In this document: positions 10,117 through 20,799 of the stretch, piece after piece
Layout: every line of letters begins with the position of its first letter
Numbering within the stretch: position 1 is the stretch's first letter
Origin: a virus
Lineage: Duplodnaviria; Caudoviricetes
Length of the DNA: 64,000 nucleotides
Strand: one strand, 5' to 3'
Virus record (IMG/VR): IMGVR_UViG_3300030613_000008
Span: 29,508-93,507 of that record
Position numbers and translations under genes: made by a program
The notes under the pieces: generated by a model
Seen by the model: only the letters and a program-made list of their open reading frames with translations
What the model was told of the DNA's origin: nothing
Database searches by the model: none

Positions 10117-12861
10117 ATGGCGAACGTCGTTCTCAATCCGACCTTTGCGACCGCTGACCCGCTCGGTGAACCCGGCGAGGCGCAGCATTGGGCGCGTGTC
10201 TCGCACCAACACTATCCGGGGTTCGCGAACTTCCGGCAGCCACATTCGTTCTATGCGACCTCAGAGCGGTTTCAGTTCGAGGATGCACCGGCTCGGGTCG
10301 TTGGGACGGAGCCGTTCGAATACGGACGCGCGACGGCGGGAAGCCCGACAACGCTGACCGATTCGACGAAGAGTTGGACGGTCAACGAATGGACGGGACA
10401 TACGTTCCGCATCGTCTCGGGCACGGGGTTTGGCTATGCCTATGTCACGGTGGCAACGAACGACGCTACCACGCTGACCTATGCAGCGCAGTTGTTTACT
10501 CCCGACACGACGTCGCGCTACATCATGGACAAGCCGTTCGTCCTGCCAACGGTTCCGCAGTGGACGTTCCCGGTAGCGGCTGTCTTTGTCGCGCCGACGA
10601 ACGCAATCCAGTTCAACGGCGTTGACCTGCGGTCGGCAATCCTTCCGGGTTCGAGTTTCCAGGTGGTCGGCGTCGCGCCGAACACGCAACTGGACGGGTA
10701 CTGGACCGTGGTCAGCATCGCCCTTGTCGGTGCGAATTCCGTTGTCTACGTGTCGGAGGACGTGCTCGCCATGGCACCGGGGGCGGTCGCGAACCTCCCG
10801 CCTGTGCTCGCGTGTACGGCACACGAACACGCCTTCCAGGCAAGCGTCACGGACACGACGGCGTACCCTATAGCGCCTATCGGTGCGGGGCAGACAATCG
10901 AGGCGCGGATAGGCCGTGGTGACATACAGGTCATCGCGTTCCTCGGTGGTGAGACGACAGCGCAGAATGTCGCGGAAGTCATCGATGAACTTCTGGTCGG
11001 CGGCGGGGCTCGCGTCACGGGTGGACAGGTGCAAGTCTACTCGGATGCTCGCGGCCCGACGTCGTTCGTTCAGGTTGAACCCATCACGGCGGGGCTCACG
11101 TTCGACCTTCACGAGTCGCGCGGATACGGGCAGTGGGCTCAAATGTGGTCGCTGTATTTCGCCAACGCGGCGGACGCCACGACGGCCGAAATAGCGGACG
11201 TTCTCGGTGAGCACTGGCACCACGTGCGGGTCCGATATCCGGGCGGCGCGGCCGGTGACGCGGTGCATGTTGAGACGGAGCGTAAGGGCGCAACGGCTAC
11301 GCTGTTCATCGATGACGCGGTGGGAGGGTTTCACGACGCGGCGAATTGGGCGGTAATTGTGGACCGGGTGACCGGGATAAATGACGAATTGTGGTTTGAT
11401 GTAAATGGTTCTCCGGTAACGGTTACTCTGCCCCCGGGACTAACCACTCCCGAATTCACATCCGGTGCGATTATGGCTAGATTTGCATCGGTTAGTTTCG
11501 ACGCCACCTCTTCCTACAGTTCCGACCGCGTCTACGTCGACAGCCGCGTGGCGTTGGTCTGTACGGGGGGAACGGCCAACGCGGACATCGGATTCCCCAC
11601 GACGTTCACCGCTTACGGCGGCGGGACGGCGGCGCGGGTCATCGGATTCGCTGGCGCGACGGCAGTTGGTGTTGACGACGTCGGTTGGTTCTCTGATTTC
11701 AGCGACGTGACGAGCGTATTCGCGCTGTTCTCGGCGGATTCCCCGGCCGCGCTGAACGCCGACACGTTCGCGTGGTCCGAGATTTACGCGACGATGGACG
11801 CGGTGACTAACTACTACGCGCCGTTCGCGAGTTTCTACGAGGTTGGCACGGCGACGGGTGGAAGTCCGACCACGCTGGTTGACACGAGGCGGGATTGGGC
11901 CGTTGACGAGTTGGCGGGGCTGACCTTCCAAGTCGTTTCCGGCACGGGGTCTACGTTCGGCGCGGTCACGATTGTCTCGAACACGTCCGATACGCTTGTG
12001 TACGTCGCTCCCGGATTTACTGCGGACGCGACGACACACTACCGAATAGACGGCGCGTGGACGGTGCTCGCGGATTCCTTCGACCAGGCGTGGTCGAACG
12101 AATGGCTCGCGACCTACAACCCGTTCACTCCGGTTGCGGGCGCGTGGAAACCGCCGGGCATGACGCCGTCGGCGCAGATTGTCGGGCGCGAGTTGACGTT
12201 CCCGCTGACCGTGCGGAGCAACGCAAACAAACTGACCATCCGCAGCGAGACGGATAATACGTGGTATACGTTGAGTGTCACGACCGGCATCTACGCAACG
12301 ATCACCGCACTTGTCACGGCGTTGAACCATCCGGCGACCGGGCTTCCTTCCACTGGCATCACCGACGACGTAATTTTCGGCCACGACGGCAACGTGTTGA
12401 CACTCGGCTGGGACGGCACGGCGAACGCGGACGGGGCGCTTCACCTGGCGAGCGGGATTGGCCTTGTGGCGGGCGCGGACGTGCGGGCCACCTTGGGGCT
12501 ATGGCCTCTCGCCTCGGACACTGGCGCGTCGTCTGTGGCCGTTCCCGGTGGGTTCTACGACGGCGACCCGGTTGGAACGTGGGACGCCAACAATCAGTAC
12601 GGGGTGGACCCGTTCTCCCGGTTGGTGTTCGACACGGTGCAAGACCCGGACTTGGCGACGTGGCAGCCGCAGATAAACGGCGACCTCGCGGCGCTGTTCA
12701 ACACCACGAAGCCGTCGCCTGATTCCTACGCCGAGCGGTTTGCGTTCCCGAATTGGTACGGGGCGTATGTGACGCCGGGTGGCGGTCATTTGTGGGCGGT
12801 AGCGATGTTCGATTCGCTGATTGTCCCGCAAGATGCAGAAGATTTCGAAGAGGGATGGTGA
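10117..12861 (+). CDS. Large virion structural protein with internal domain duplications
   Basis: 914 aa, beta-rich; duplicated ~69-aa unit; repeated TAxEVA/IA modules. Confidence 0.7.
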   Translation: MANVVLNPTFATADPLGEPGEAQHWARVSHQHYPGFANFRQPHSFYATSERFQFEDAPARVVGTEPFEYGRATAGSPTTLTDSTKSWTVNEWTGHTFRIVSGTGFGYAYVTVATNDATTLTYAAQLFTPDTTSRYIMDKPFVLPTVPQWTFPVAAVFVAPTNAIQFNGVDLRSAILPGSSFQVVGVAPNTQLDGYWTVVSIALVGANSVVYVSEDVLAMAPGAVANLPPVLACTAHEHAFQASVTDTTAYPIAPIGAGQTIEARIGRGDIQVIAFLGGETTAQNVAEVIDELLVGGGARVTGGQVQVYSDARGPTSFVQVEPITAGLTFDLHESRGYGQWAQMWSLYFANAADATTAEIADVLGEHWHHVRVRYPGGAAGDAVHVETERKGATATLFIDDAVGGFHDAANWAVIVDRVTGINDELWFDVNGSPVTVTLPPGLTTPEFTSGAIMARFASVSFDATSSYSSDRVYVDSRVALVCTGGTANADIGFPTTFTAYGGGTAARVIGFAGATAVGVDDVGWFSDFSDVTSVFALFSADSPAALNADTFAWSEIYATMDAVTNYYAPFASFYEVGTATGGSPTTLVDTRRDWAVDELAGLTFQVVSGTGSTFGAVTIVSNTSDTLVYVAPGFTADATTHYRIDGAWTVLADSFDQAWSNEWLATYNPFTPVAGAWKPPGMTPSAQIVGRELTFPLTVRSNANKLTIRSETDNTWYTLSVTTGIYATITALVTALNHPATGLPSTGITDDVIFGHDGNVLTLGWDGTANADGALHLASGIGLVAGADVRATLGLWPLASDTGASSVAVPGGFYDGDPVGTWDANNQYGVDPFSRLVFDTVQDPDLATWQPQINGDLAALFNTTKPSPDSYAERFAFPNWYGAYVTPGGGHLWAVAMFDSLIVPQDAEDFEEGW

Positions 12862-12864
12862 TTC

Positions 12865-13572
12865 ATGGCTGATGCAGATTGGGCCGCACTGGATAATCAA
12901 CTCGGGTTTGCGGACGTCGCACAGGATACGACCGCCGGGGTCACGCCTCCCAACGGTGGCGGGACGCACGTCTACGCCTTCAACTGTCTCGACGGGACGG
13001 TGACCGGGGCGGCCGGGAAATACTGCCTCATCGGAAACTACTCGCCGACGGTGAGCGGGGCGTGGATTGCCGGGGCTGTCAAGCGCCTGTCGAGCGCACA
13101 AAACACGGGGTTCTCCCCGTTCCTTTACGTCGCGGCCACCGGGCACGACACCGCCGACAACGGCTATCTCCTCGGTTTGGAGGACGCGGACCCATACCGG
13201 ATTGTGCTCCGCAAGGGGACAATCATCGGCGGGATTCCCGTTGCGGCCGATGGGGAATATCTGCGGCGGTCGTCGGCGCAGTACCAGATTTCCGACGATC
13301 TCTGGCATCACCTCGCGGTCGAAGCGGTTGAGCAGCCGAACGGCGAAATCTACCTGAACTGTTGGGAGTCGGACCTCGTAGCGCACGCGGTTACGTCCCC
13401 GGTGTGGGTTGCCATCCCCGGCATGACGCAGTTCATCGATGACGCGGTGGGCATCAACTCGGGAACGTTGCCGTTGAGCGGAGGCGGGTACTGCGGCTAT
13501 GCGATGGCGGTTGCCGAGGCGATTGGAACGCGAGCGGCGTTCGACCACATACAGATTCGGCGACAGGTCTGA
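12865..13572 (+). CDS. Putative tail/baseplate structural protein
   Basis: 235 aa beta-rich ORF coupled within the tail operon. Confidence 0.6.
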   Translation: MADADWAALDNQLGFADVAQDTTAGVTPPNGGGTHVYAFNCLDGTVTGAAGKYCLIGNYSPTVSGAWIAGAVKRLSSAQNTGFSPFLYVAATGHDTADNGYLLGLEDADPYRIVLRKGTIIGGIPVAADGEYLRRSSAQYQISDDLWHHLAVEAVEQPNGEIYLNCWESDLVAHAVTSPVWVAIPGMTQFIDDAVGINSGTLPLSGGGYCGYAMAVAEAIGTRAAFDHIQIRRQV

Positions 13573-14726
13573 TGTCGAGCGCGCCGACACTTCCGGGTCC
13601 GGCTCCGGCGGCTACGTCCCTGGTCCGAGCGGACGGGACGTGGTTCGATGCGGGTGTCGGCACGTTGTGCGGGCGCATCTCGGCGGCGGGGTACGTGCTC
13701 GGGCTGTCGTCAAGCGTGGACCGCCCGACGTTGTACCCCGGAGACTACATCGAAAACACGCAGGTTGTGGACCTAACCGGGCAAGACCTCGTGGTGATGG
13801 CGGCGGAGATGACCGGCCTCGTAGTGCCGACGGGTATCGAGATGCCGGGCTACACGACCGGCACGGACGCGCTTTTGCACTACCGCATGGACGAGGTGAG
13901 CGGCGGGGCGCGCGATGAAGTCGATTGGCAACACGACTTGCGGATGGTGGACGGCCTCGTGTCGCCATCGGTGCCGACGTACAATCTCGGATACGGGCTC
14001 GCGCGCACGTGGGGTGCGGGTGCGGGCGCGATGGCTGGCGAGGCAAGTCCGCTCGTCATCCCGGCCGCTGGTCTGCCGTCGTACACCGTGGATTGGTGGC
14101 AGAACTTCGCTGTCGACTCCATCGTGACGAGCAACGGAGTGAGCCCGAACGTATTTCAGTTGCGGTCCGTGACGGCGGGTGGATTGCGGATTCTGTGGGG
14201 TGGGCTCGCGGGTATGGGTGCGCATACGTGGCGGCTCTACATCGAGCACTGGAAGGGTGGGGTCTACTCGTCTCAGAACCTCATCGCCACGGCGCGAGCG
14301 GCGAATCAGGGTAACGAGTTCTTCTCGGTGGCGTTTGACGATACGACGATGGCGGCGCGGGTTTACATCAACGGCGTGTTGGTCGCGACCACCGGGGCGT
14401 TCGCCGTGCATCCTGGCCAGCCTCTTCTCGGCGCTCGTGTCCAGATTGGCGACCCGCTGTACCGAGGCGTCATCGATGACGTGAGGCTGTCGAACACGAA
14501 CCACAACCTCGCAACGCATCAAGCGGCCTACGCGACGCGGCTGAACGCGCCGTCCGTCTACGCCGTGAGTTGGTGGTTGCATATCAACGTGGACGGCGAG
14601 CACTACGCGAGTTGCAAAATCACGGCAGACGCGAGCGGACGCCCGGCGTATCTGCAAGCCCCTTCGTTTCACCTCCCGGGCGTCCACACAATCGCAGCGC
14701 GGCTTGAACTAGGACTCGGTGCATGA
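13572..14726 (+). CDS. LamG/concanavalin-like domain tail protein
   Basis: LLHYRMDE...YTVDWW...ARVYINGV...YRGVIDDVRLSN. Confidence 0.75.
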   Translation: MSSAPTLPGPAPAATSLVRADGTWFDAGVGTLCGRISAAGYVLGLSSSVDRPTLYPGDYIENTQVVDLTGQDLVVMAAEMTGLVVPTGIEMPGYTTGTDALLHYRMDEVSGGARDEVDWQHDLRMVDGLVSPSVPTYNLGYGLARTWGAGAGAMAGEASPLVIPAAGLPSYTVDWWQNFAVDSIVTSNGVSPNVFQLRSVTAGGLRILWGGLAGMGAHTWRLYIEHWKGGVYSSQNLIATARAANQGNEFFSVAFDDTTMAARVYINGVLVATTGAFAVHPGQPLLGARVQIGDPLYRGVIDDVRLSNTNHNLATHQAAYATRLNAPSVYAVSWWLHINVDGEHYASCKITADASGRPAYLQAPSFHLPGVHTIAARLELGLGA

Positions 14727-17074
14727 CGGTTCACGCGCACATCCCGGCGGCGTTGCTCGAAAGCGTCGAGAGCGAAGACGTCACGTTCCCGATTGTCCTC
14801 GTGATAGCGAACCCCGGCGAGGACGCGGTTGACGTCGCGACTGACACCCATCCGATGTTGCGAATCGCGCACATCTGGGCTGACCCGACCGTCGCACCGG
14901 CCCCATATTTCACCGTGGCAATCGAGGCGAATGTCGGTGGCACGGGGTGGGTAACGGCATACACGACGGCGGGTGGGTTCTTCGCTCCCTGGAACGGAGC
15001 GGCAAGTGCGGTGTCGTACCACGCGGTGACGTCGCCGTACGTGTTCACCGAGGTGGTGTTCGAATACGCGGGCGGCATCATGCCGCACGATTCGACGGTA
15101 TCGTTCCGCGTCACGGTCACGAGTCCGATTATCGGGTGGGGTCACTTCCCGTGGGGCCACATGCCGTGGGGCCATGTGACGGGGACGTCCACCTCGATGA
15201 TTGTGACCTACACGTTCGGCACGGCAGACGAGGAAGCTCCGCAACTGTTGAGCGCCGTGGCGGTCGTCAACGACGTGGTGCGCCTTGTGTTCGACGATAC
15301 CATGCGGGTGTCGACACCGGACGGCAGGGCGAGCGTCACGACGGTTACGGACGAAACCGCGTGGGGCGCGTTGTCTGTACCGGGAACTCTCATCGTCTCG
15401 GTGGACGGCGGCGCGGTGACGACCTACACGGTGGACGCGACGATGCTGTCCCTGGTCTACCCCGTGACGGCGGTAGACATTGCAAACCTTCTCCCGTCCC
15501 TGATAGACGGAATATCAGCGCACGCCAACGACGATGGCAAGGTGTCGCTCTACAGCGAGACGATCGGCGACGCGGCGACGTTGCAGGTTACGGGCGGGAC
15601 GATGAACGCCGTGCTTCAATTCCCGACCGCGCTGGTCACGGGGAACGATTCGTCGGCGCTGTCGGCGAGCAACTACACCATCGCGCGGAACAACGTGTAT
15701 CCGGCCGTTGCGGTGCATCTGACTCCGCAGTCGGTGGAAGCGGTGGACACGGCGCTCACGACGTTCGACCTCGCGGTCCAGTGGCCGATGACCCCGCAAG
15801 CTCCCTACGAAATCACGGTGGCGGCGGACGTCACGGACCACGCGGGGAACGCCATCGACGCGACGGCGGACTCCGCGACGTTCGCGGGATTCCAGCCTCC
15901 CGTCCCGGCTGGGCGCGTGACGAAGTTCCCGGTGCCTCAAGCGGCCTACGACGTGGACGATACGCAGGAATTGCGGGCGTTCATCAACGCGCTGGAAGAG
16001 GTCTGGAACCTGCAACTGACCGACATTGATAACCTGTCGGACGTGTGGGACCCGGATGTCGTTGACGAGACGCGGCTTGATTTGCACCTCAAAGACCAGG
16101 GCAACCCGTTCACATGGGCGGAGTTGGACTTGACCGAGGCAGAGCGCAAGAAGCTGCTTCGCGTGTTGCCCGACCTCTGCAACTACCGAGGCACGGACCC
16201 CGGTATCGAGGCGGCGATTCTGACCTTGCTCGGTATCGAGTGCGACGTTGCGCCTGCCATGCTGGACGTGTGGACGCTTGGCGTGTCGTTGCTCGGGGAC
16301 TACTACCCGGCTCAGGTCGTAGCGGCGAACCCGGAGACGTACAACCTCGCGGCGGCTGGCATGGACTTGTGGGTCATCGTCGACAACGGGCACGCGGTAA
16401 ACGCCGTGAGCACGACGGCGCAGACGTTCACGCTCGCGGGGCGCAACGCGGCGCAGTACGTCGCAACCTATCAGTTCCGCATCTACGGGTCGGCGGGAAA
16501 CGACGCGCGATACACGGTCGTGTCGTCTGTCGAGTCCGGGGACGATACGGTGGTCACGGTTGTCGAAGCGATACCGAGCGCGGTGGCAGACGGTACGGCA
16601 ATCCAGACCATGCAGTTCAGCAACGTCGCTGGAGTGGATTTCGCGGTCCCGGCGGCGGCCACGGCAGACGAAGTGGCGGACGCCATCGCGGCGGACATCT
16701 ACGGCGGCGCGGCCACCGGGCTGAACCCCGGCGGCGGGAACACCGTGGCGATTGCTTCGATGAATCCGAGCGGCACGATTCAAGTGGTCGGCGGAACGGC
16801 AAACGTCGCGCTGGCATTTGACGTTGCAATTCATTCGTCGACAGGCGGTTGCGTGCTCGGTCCCGGCACGGCACGCGAGCGGCACACCTTTGACCTCGTT
16901 GTAGCCGGTGCGTTACCATCGGCACAGGAGGAGGTCTTGATGCGTCGCATCGCCAATTGGGCCAAGCCGGTCAACACACACCTCGGTCGCATTCGCACGG
17001 CGTATGTGGTCGAGGACGATGGCATCTGGCGACTCGGACGCAGCCGACTCGGCGCGGACACCGTGCTCGGGTAA
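14723..17074 (+). CDS. Tail protein with P2 gpI-like domain and Ig-like domains
   Basis: WDPD..DETRLDLHLKDQG...YRGTDPGIEAAI, WAKPVNTH, VTDHAGN. Confidence 0.7.
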   Translation: MTVHAHIPAALLESVESEDVTFPIVLVIANPGEDAVDVATDTHPMLRIAHIWADPTVAPAPYFTVAIEANVGGTGWVTAYTTAGGFFAPWNGAASAVSYHAVTSPYVFTEVVFEYAGGIMPHDSTVSFRVTVTSPIIGWGHFPWGHMPWGHVTGTSTSMIVTYTFGTADEEAPQLLSAVAVVNDVVRLVFDDTMRVSTPDGRASVTTVTDETAWGALSVPGTLIVSVDGGAVTTYTVDATMLSLVYPVTAVDIANLLPSLIDGISAHANDDGKVSLYSETIGDAATLQVTGGTMNAVLQFPTALVTGNDSSALSASNYTIARNNVYPAVAVHLTPQSVEAVDTALTTFDLAVQWPMTPQAPYEITVAADVTDHAGNAIDATADSATFAGFQPPVPAGRVTKFPVPQAAYDVDDTQELRAFINALEEVWNLQLTDIDNLSDVWDPDVVDETRLDLHLKDQGNPFTWAELDLTEAERKKLLRVLPDLCNYRGTDPGIEAAILTLLGIECDVAPAMLDVWTLGVSLLGDYYPAQVVAANPETYNLAAAGMDLWVIVDNGHAVNAVSTTAQTFTLAGRNAAQYVATYQFRIYGSAGNDARYTVVSSVESGDDTVVTVVEAIPSAVADGTAIQTMQFSNVAGVDFAVPAAATADEVADAIAADIYGGAATGLNPGGGNTVAIASMNPSGTIQVVGGTANVALAFDVAIHSSTGGCVLGPGTARERHTFDLVVAGALPSAQEEVLMRRIANWAKPVNTHLGRIRTAYVVEDDGIWRLGRSRLGADTVLG

Positions 17075-17087
17075 GGGGAAAACAGAG

Positions 17088-19613
17088 ATGGACCTTCTCA
17101 ATTTCTACTATCTTCAGCGGGTGCTCGAATCCGAGCTTGACCTTGTAGAGACGAACACGGCGGCGGCGCTCAAGAAAGCGCGGCAAGACCTCGCCATTAT
17201 TGGGATGCACGACGGCGGCGTGGTGACGCAGAACGCACCGCCCGACTTGTCCGTGCTAGTGAGCGGCCCGGCGCTCGGCACCGACCCGGACGGAGAGCGC
17301 CTGTATTGGGCGGCGGCGCAGACGGTGGATTGCAGTCAAGACCACCTCGGCGCACCGACAACGGTCGTTGCTCCCGGTAACGAGCGGTGGATTTCTGTCA
17401 TCGCGGAATACGACCAGACGCTTGCGCTCCCCGTCACGGACGGGAACGGCGTCACGGTCTACACGCGCATCTACGATTCTTTCAATCTCTACGTGACGAT
17501 GGCGGCAGAGCAGGCGTTCGGGGCGAACGTCAAACCGGCGCTCCCGGCAGACGGCGTGTTGCTCGCGGACATCCGGCTTGTGTTCGGCACCGTTCAGATT
17601 CTCGCGGCGGACATCAACATCGTCGCGGCCGGTATTACGAACCGTCGTCAAGACCTCGTGAGGTACGCAGGAACGTACATCCCGACGGCGGCATACGGCA
17701 ACCTCGTGGACGCCGTGATCGCCCTGTTCGGCTACGTGGACGCGCTGTCGACGGGCGTTGGTGTGGTGTTCGCGGCGACGGGGACTTGGCGCGACGCTTC
17801 GGCTATCGCGGCTGTCACAGTAAGCGGAGCCATCAACGAAATAGTGTCCGATCTGTCGGCGTTTGCCGGTGCCGCGCGCATGGGCTCGGCGGCGCACGTC
17901 ACGGTCGGAGGGTTCTGCAACCTCGGCAACGGAGCAATTCAAGATGCGCTTGAGGGCATCGCGGACAACGTGGACGGGCACATCGGAGGCGGCGCTCCGG
18001 CACATCCCGACACGGCGGTTACGTCGGCAGCGCAGGCGGGGACGCCCGAGTCATGGGCCGGTGGTAGTGTTCGCGGGTTCCTCACTGGTTTGCTCGGGCA
18101 CGTCAACGACAGGACGGAGAGGGCGGTAGATGAGACGGTGAGCGGGGCTTGGAAGTTCGAGAACGGTGAAGCGTGGCCACGGGATCGGGCCAAGCAATCG
18201 GAGAACCTTGCGTTCCGCGATTCGCCCTGGTTTGAGGCGCTATTCGGAGGATCTGCTCCTCCCTGGGAGACACCGGAACAGGTGTGCGCCGATCTCCGAG
18301 TCGCGGGGTACAATTGGGCGCAGGCTTGGCTCGGACTGAACAGCCCCTACAACAGCGCCGGATACAACTACCCGGACACGTGCCGCTTCCTCGGCTCGTC
18401 TGGCCGGAAGTACGTTGCGTTCCTTGCGGACCTCGCAGGATTTGGAACGCCGTGCAACGTTGTTATGTGGTTCGACCCGTGCGAGATCCCTGTGCTTCCC
18501 ACTTTCATCGCCGATCTGGGAGCGGTCCCGAACGCTCTCCCCGTACCGGCCGGTCGCTGGGAACCGACGGCCATGTGCTCGGACGGACTGAACGTATACA
18601 TCATGTTTGTCGACCCGACACTTGGAGCTGCGAGTCCGCATCGCATTCAGGCGTTCAATCTCATCGCGGGCACGATCAAGGTTGGATGGCCGAACGACGG
18701 CACTGTGCTCCCTGGAAGCGGACTCGGCACCACCGGAACGATGAAGCAGAGCGAGCGTTGCAAGGTCGTCCAGATGTCGGCGTACGGCGGTTCGGATGTC
18801 ATCTGCACGCTGAACTCGTGGGTCCGGGGTCCGGTGGCGATTCCCGGAACGACTCCCTGCGTGTCGATGATTAACATGGGGACCGGGGCCATCGTCGCAT
18901 CCGGCTGCGGCGACATGCCTATCGACGCGGTGAACAACTGCTGGCCGACCGAGGCGCTCGCGAGCGATGGAACGAATGTGTACGTCGGGAGTTGGAATGA
19001 GACAACCGGAGTCGGCCAGGTGTTCACGTGCAGGATAGTGAACCCGCAGCTCGGGAGCGCGACAGGAACGTGGCCCTACCAGCTGAACTCCGGAGGGATG
19101 CCCGCGTGGGCGTGTCCCAAGGAGTTGCTATTCGACGGTGCGCTCCTTTGGTGCTCGTTCAACGACGGGAATTCGCTCGCGGGAGCGGGACCAATCAACT
19201 TCGGGATGACGTTCGGCGCGGTCGTGGCCTATGACTTTACGGCAGACGACTGGATTCCGCAGTTGGCAGCGGCCGACATCCTTGCTGTCGGGCACATGGC
19301 ATACGACGGGCTCAACGTATGGGTCCAGGTGATGCGCGACATGGACGGTGCTGGGAACAAAGACATCGAGTGCCTATACAAGATGCCTTGCGTACAGGCA
19401 AATCCCAGAATCGAACTCACGGTCGGTGCCGACGAGCAGAAGCAACTCGTCGCTTACCTAATGAGCATGAGCGAGTTTGCTCAAATATCAACGACAGACT
19501 TCGGCCGGATGTGTTTCGACGGCGACGGCGTTTGGACGATCGTGGACGGAGCCGGTGACGGCCACTCGCTTGAGGGAGTCATCAGGCGAGTCCCGCACGC
19601 TGGGTCGAGGTAG
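17088..19613 (+). CDS. Tail fibre / receptor-binding protein with C-terminal beta-propeller-like region
   Basis: NFYYLQRV...ELD start; recurring SDG/FDG/YDG blade-like motifs. Confidence 0.65.
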   Translation: MDLLNFYYLQRVLESELDLVETNTAAALKKARQDLAIIGMHDGGVVTQNAPPDLSVLVSGPALGTDPDGERLYWAAAQTVDCSQDHLGAPTTVVAPGNERWISVIAEYDQTLALPVTDGNGVTVYTRIYDSFNLYVTMAAEQAFGANVKPALPADGVLLADIRLVFGTVQILAADINIVAAGITNRRQDLVRYAGTYIPTAAYGNLVDAVIALFGYVDALSTGVGVVFAATGTWRDASAIAAVTVSGAINEIVSDLSAFAGAARMGSAAHVTVGGFCNLGNGAIQDALEGIADNVDGHIGGGAPAHPDTAVTSAAQAGTPESWAGGSVRGFLTGLLGHVNDRTERAVDETVSGAWKFENGEAWPRDRAKQSENLAFRDSPWFEALFGGSAPPWETPEQVCADLRVAGYNWAQAWLGLNSPYNSAGYNYPDTCRFLGSSGRKYVAFLADLAGFGTPCNVVMWFDPCEIPVLPTFIADLGAVPNALPVPAGRWEPTAMCSDGLNVYIMFVDPTLGAASPHRIQAFNLIAGTIKVGWPNDGTVLPGSGLGTTGTMKQSERCKVVQMSAYGGSDVICTLNSWVRGPVAIPGTTPCVSMINMGTGAIVASGCGDMPIDAVNNCWPTEALASDGTNVYVGSWNETTGVGQVFTCRIVNPQLGSATGTWPYQLNSGGMPAWACPKELLFDGALLWCSFNDGNSLAGAGPINFGMTFGAVVAYDFTADDWIPQLAAADILAVGHMAYDGLNVWVQVMRDMDGAGNKDIECLYKMPCVQANPRIELTVGADEQKQLVAYLMSMSEFAQISTTDFGRMCFDGDGVWTIVDGAGDGHSLEGVIRRVPHAGSR

Positions 19614-19616
19614 CAG

Positions 19617-20261
19617 TTGGGCGCACAGGAGCACGCAATGGATTCTCCGTCTCTCCCTGAGCCGAGCGTTTGCGCCGGGCATCGGTATCTCGAAAGGAAA
19701 ATTGACGACTTGGCGAGCGACGTTCACGATGGGTTCGAACGCCTCGGTCAGAAAATAGAGGACGTGCGAGTAGAGCAAGCCGAGACGAATTCGTCATTGA
19801 AGGGCGCGTGGCACCGCATCAACGAGCTTGAGCGGCAGGCTGGAGACGTGCCCATCAAGATAGAGAAAGCCGTTCACACGCACATGCGCGGGTGCCCAAT
19901 CAACGACGTGACAGAGGTCGGCATCAAGTCGGACCGTCGCAGGGATGGCGACCGTGGGCGATCTGAATCCTGCGAACCGACACCAAAGCGCCGCTCCCTG
20001 TCTCCGCCGTCCACCCTGTTCCCGTCTCTTCCGAGGTGGGCCGTGGCGATTGGTGTTGGTGTGGTTTTGGCGTGTGTTCTTCTCGGCGTATTCCTTAGCA
20101 TTTTCATGTCAACTGGCAGTGTGGACAAGGCTTCACACGCCGTGCGCGGGCTTGCCGAACAGGTGGGCTCACATGCTACGATAGAAAACGAAACGGGCGA
20201 GAGTCCGCAGGCCGCGACGGCCGCTACAGGAGGAAGTTATGACGACCCTGACCGTAATTAA
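19617..20261 (+). CDS. Coiled-coil protein with one transmembrane helix (holin-like candidate)
   Basis: AWHRINELE coiled coil; WAVAIGVGVVLACVLLGVFLSIFM TM segment; start could be ATG 19638. Confidence 0.5.
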   Translation: MGAQEHAMDSPSLPEPSVCAGHRYLERKIDDLASDVHDGFERLGQKIEDVRVEQAETNSSLKGAWHRINELERQAGDVPIKIEKAVHTHMRGCPINDVTEVGIKSDRRRDGDRGRSESCEPTPKRRSLSPPSTLFPSLPRWAVAIGVGVVLACVLLGVFLSIFMSTGSVDKASHAVRGLAEQVGSHATIENETGESPQAATAATGGSYDDPDRN

Positions 20262-20745
20262 CCCGGCAAAGGAATTTCGCGGCGGCATGAACATCGTTCC
20301 CGACGCCGACACCGGCAAGGAACTCGGCGACATCATCTACGACCTCCAGACGGCGGTCAACACGATCGGCAATGCGGTTGTTGAGAGCACGCACGCCGGG
20401 CTGGCGCTGCGGACTCTGAACAACGAAGTGGCGGCGGCGCTCAACGGAACGGCCACCAAGAAGTTCATCCCCGAGGGAATCGATTTCATCGTGACCGCGC
20501 TGACCGGTGTTCCAAACGGAAACGCCATCGTGACAGTGGGGACCACGGCGGGTGGCACGCAGATTCTTCCGGCGACTCCGTTGACAGGGCTGAACGCCGT
20601 AGGCGAGACGTTCCCGATTCAGATCACCGGTATCCTCCCGAGCATCGCGGGGACTGCAACTCTGTACGTGAAAGTGACGACGGCGGACACGGGTGCGGGT
20701 TCAACATTGACGGCGACCGCTCGCATCTACGGGCGCGAGAACTGA
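20239..20745 (+). CDS. Putative virion protein
   Basis: RBS AGGAGG; Thr/Gly-rich beta protein. Confidence 0.55.
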   Translation: MTTLTVINPAKEFRGGMNIVPDADTGKELGDIIYDLQTAVNTIGNAVVESTHAGLALRTLNNEVAAALNGTATKKFIPEGIDFIVTALTGVPNGNAIVTVGTTAGGTQILPATPLTGLNAVGETFPIQITGILPSIAGTATLYVKVTTADTGAGSTLTATARIYGREN

Positions 20746-20799
20746 TAGGCGAGTGACGAGGTAACAAATCGCGGTGGGCAACCGCCGACGGAGGACGAG

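Noticed and set aside
1-19613. Stand-alone contractile injection system or tailocin
   Set aside because: Contiguous with replication, recombination and many phage accessory genes and has a long tape measure; a phage tail is simpler.
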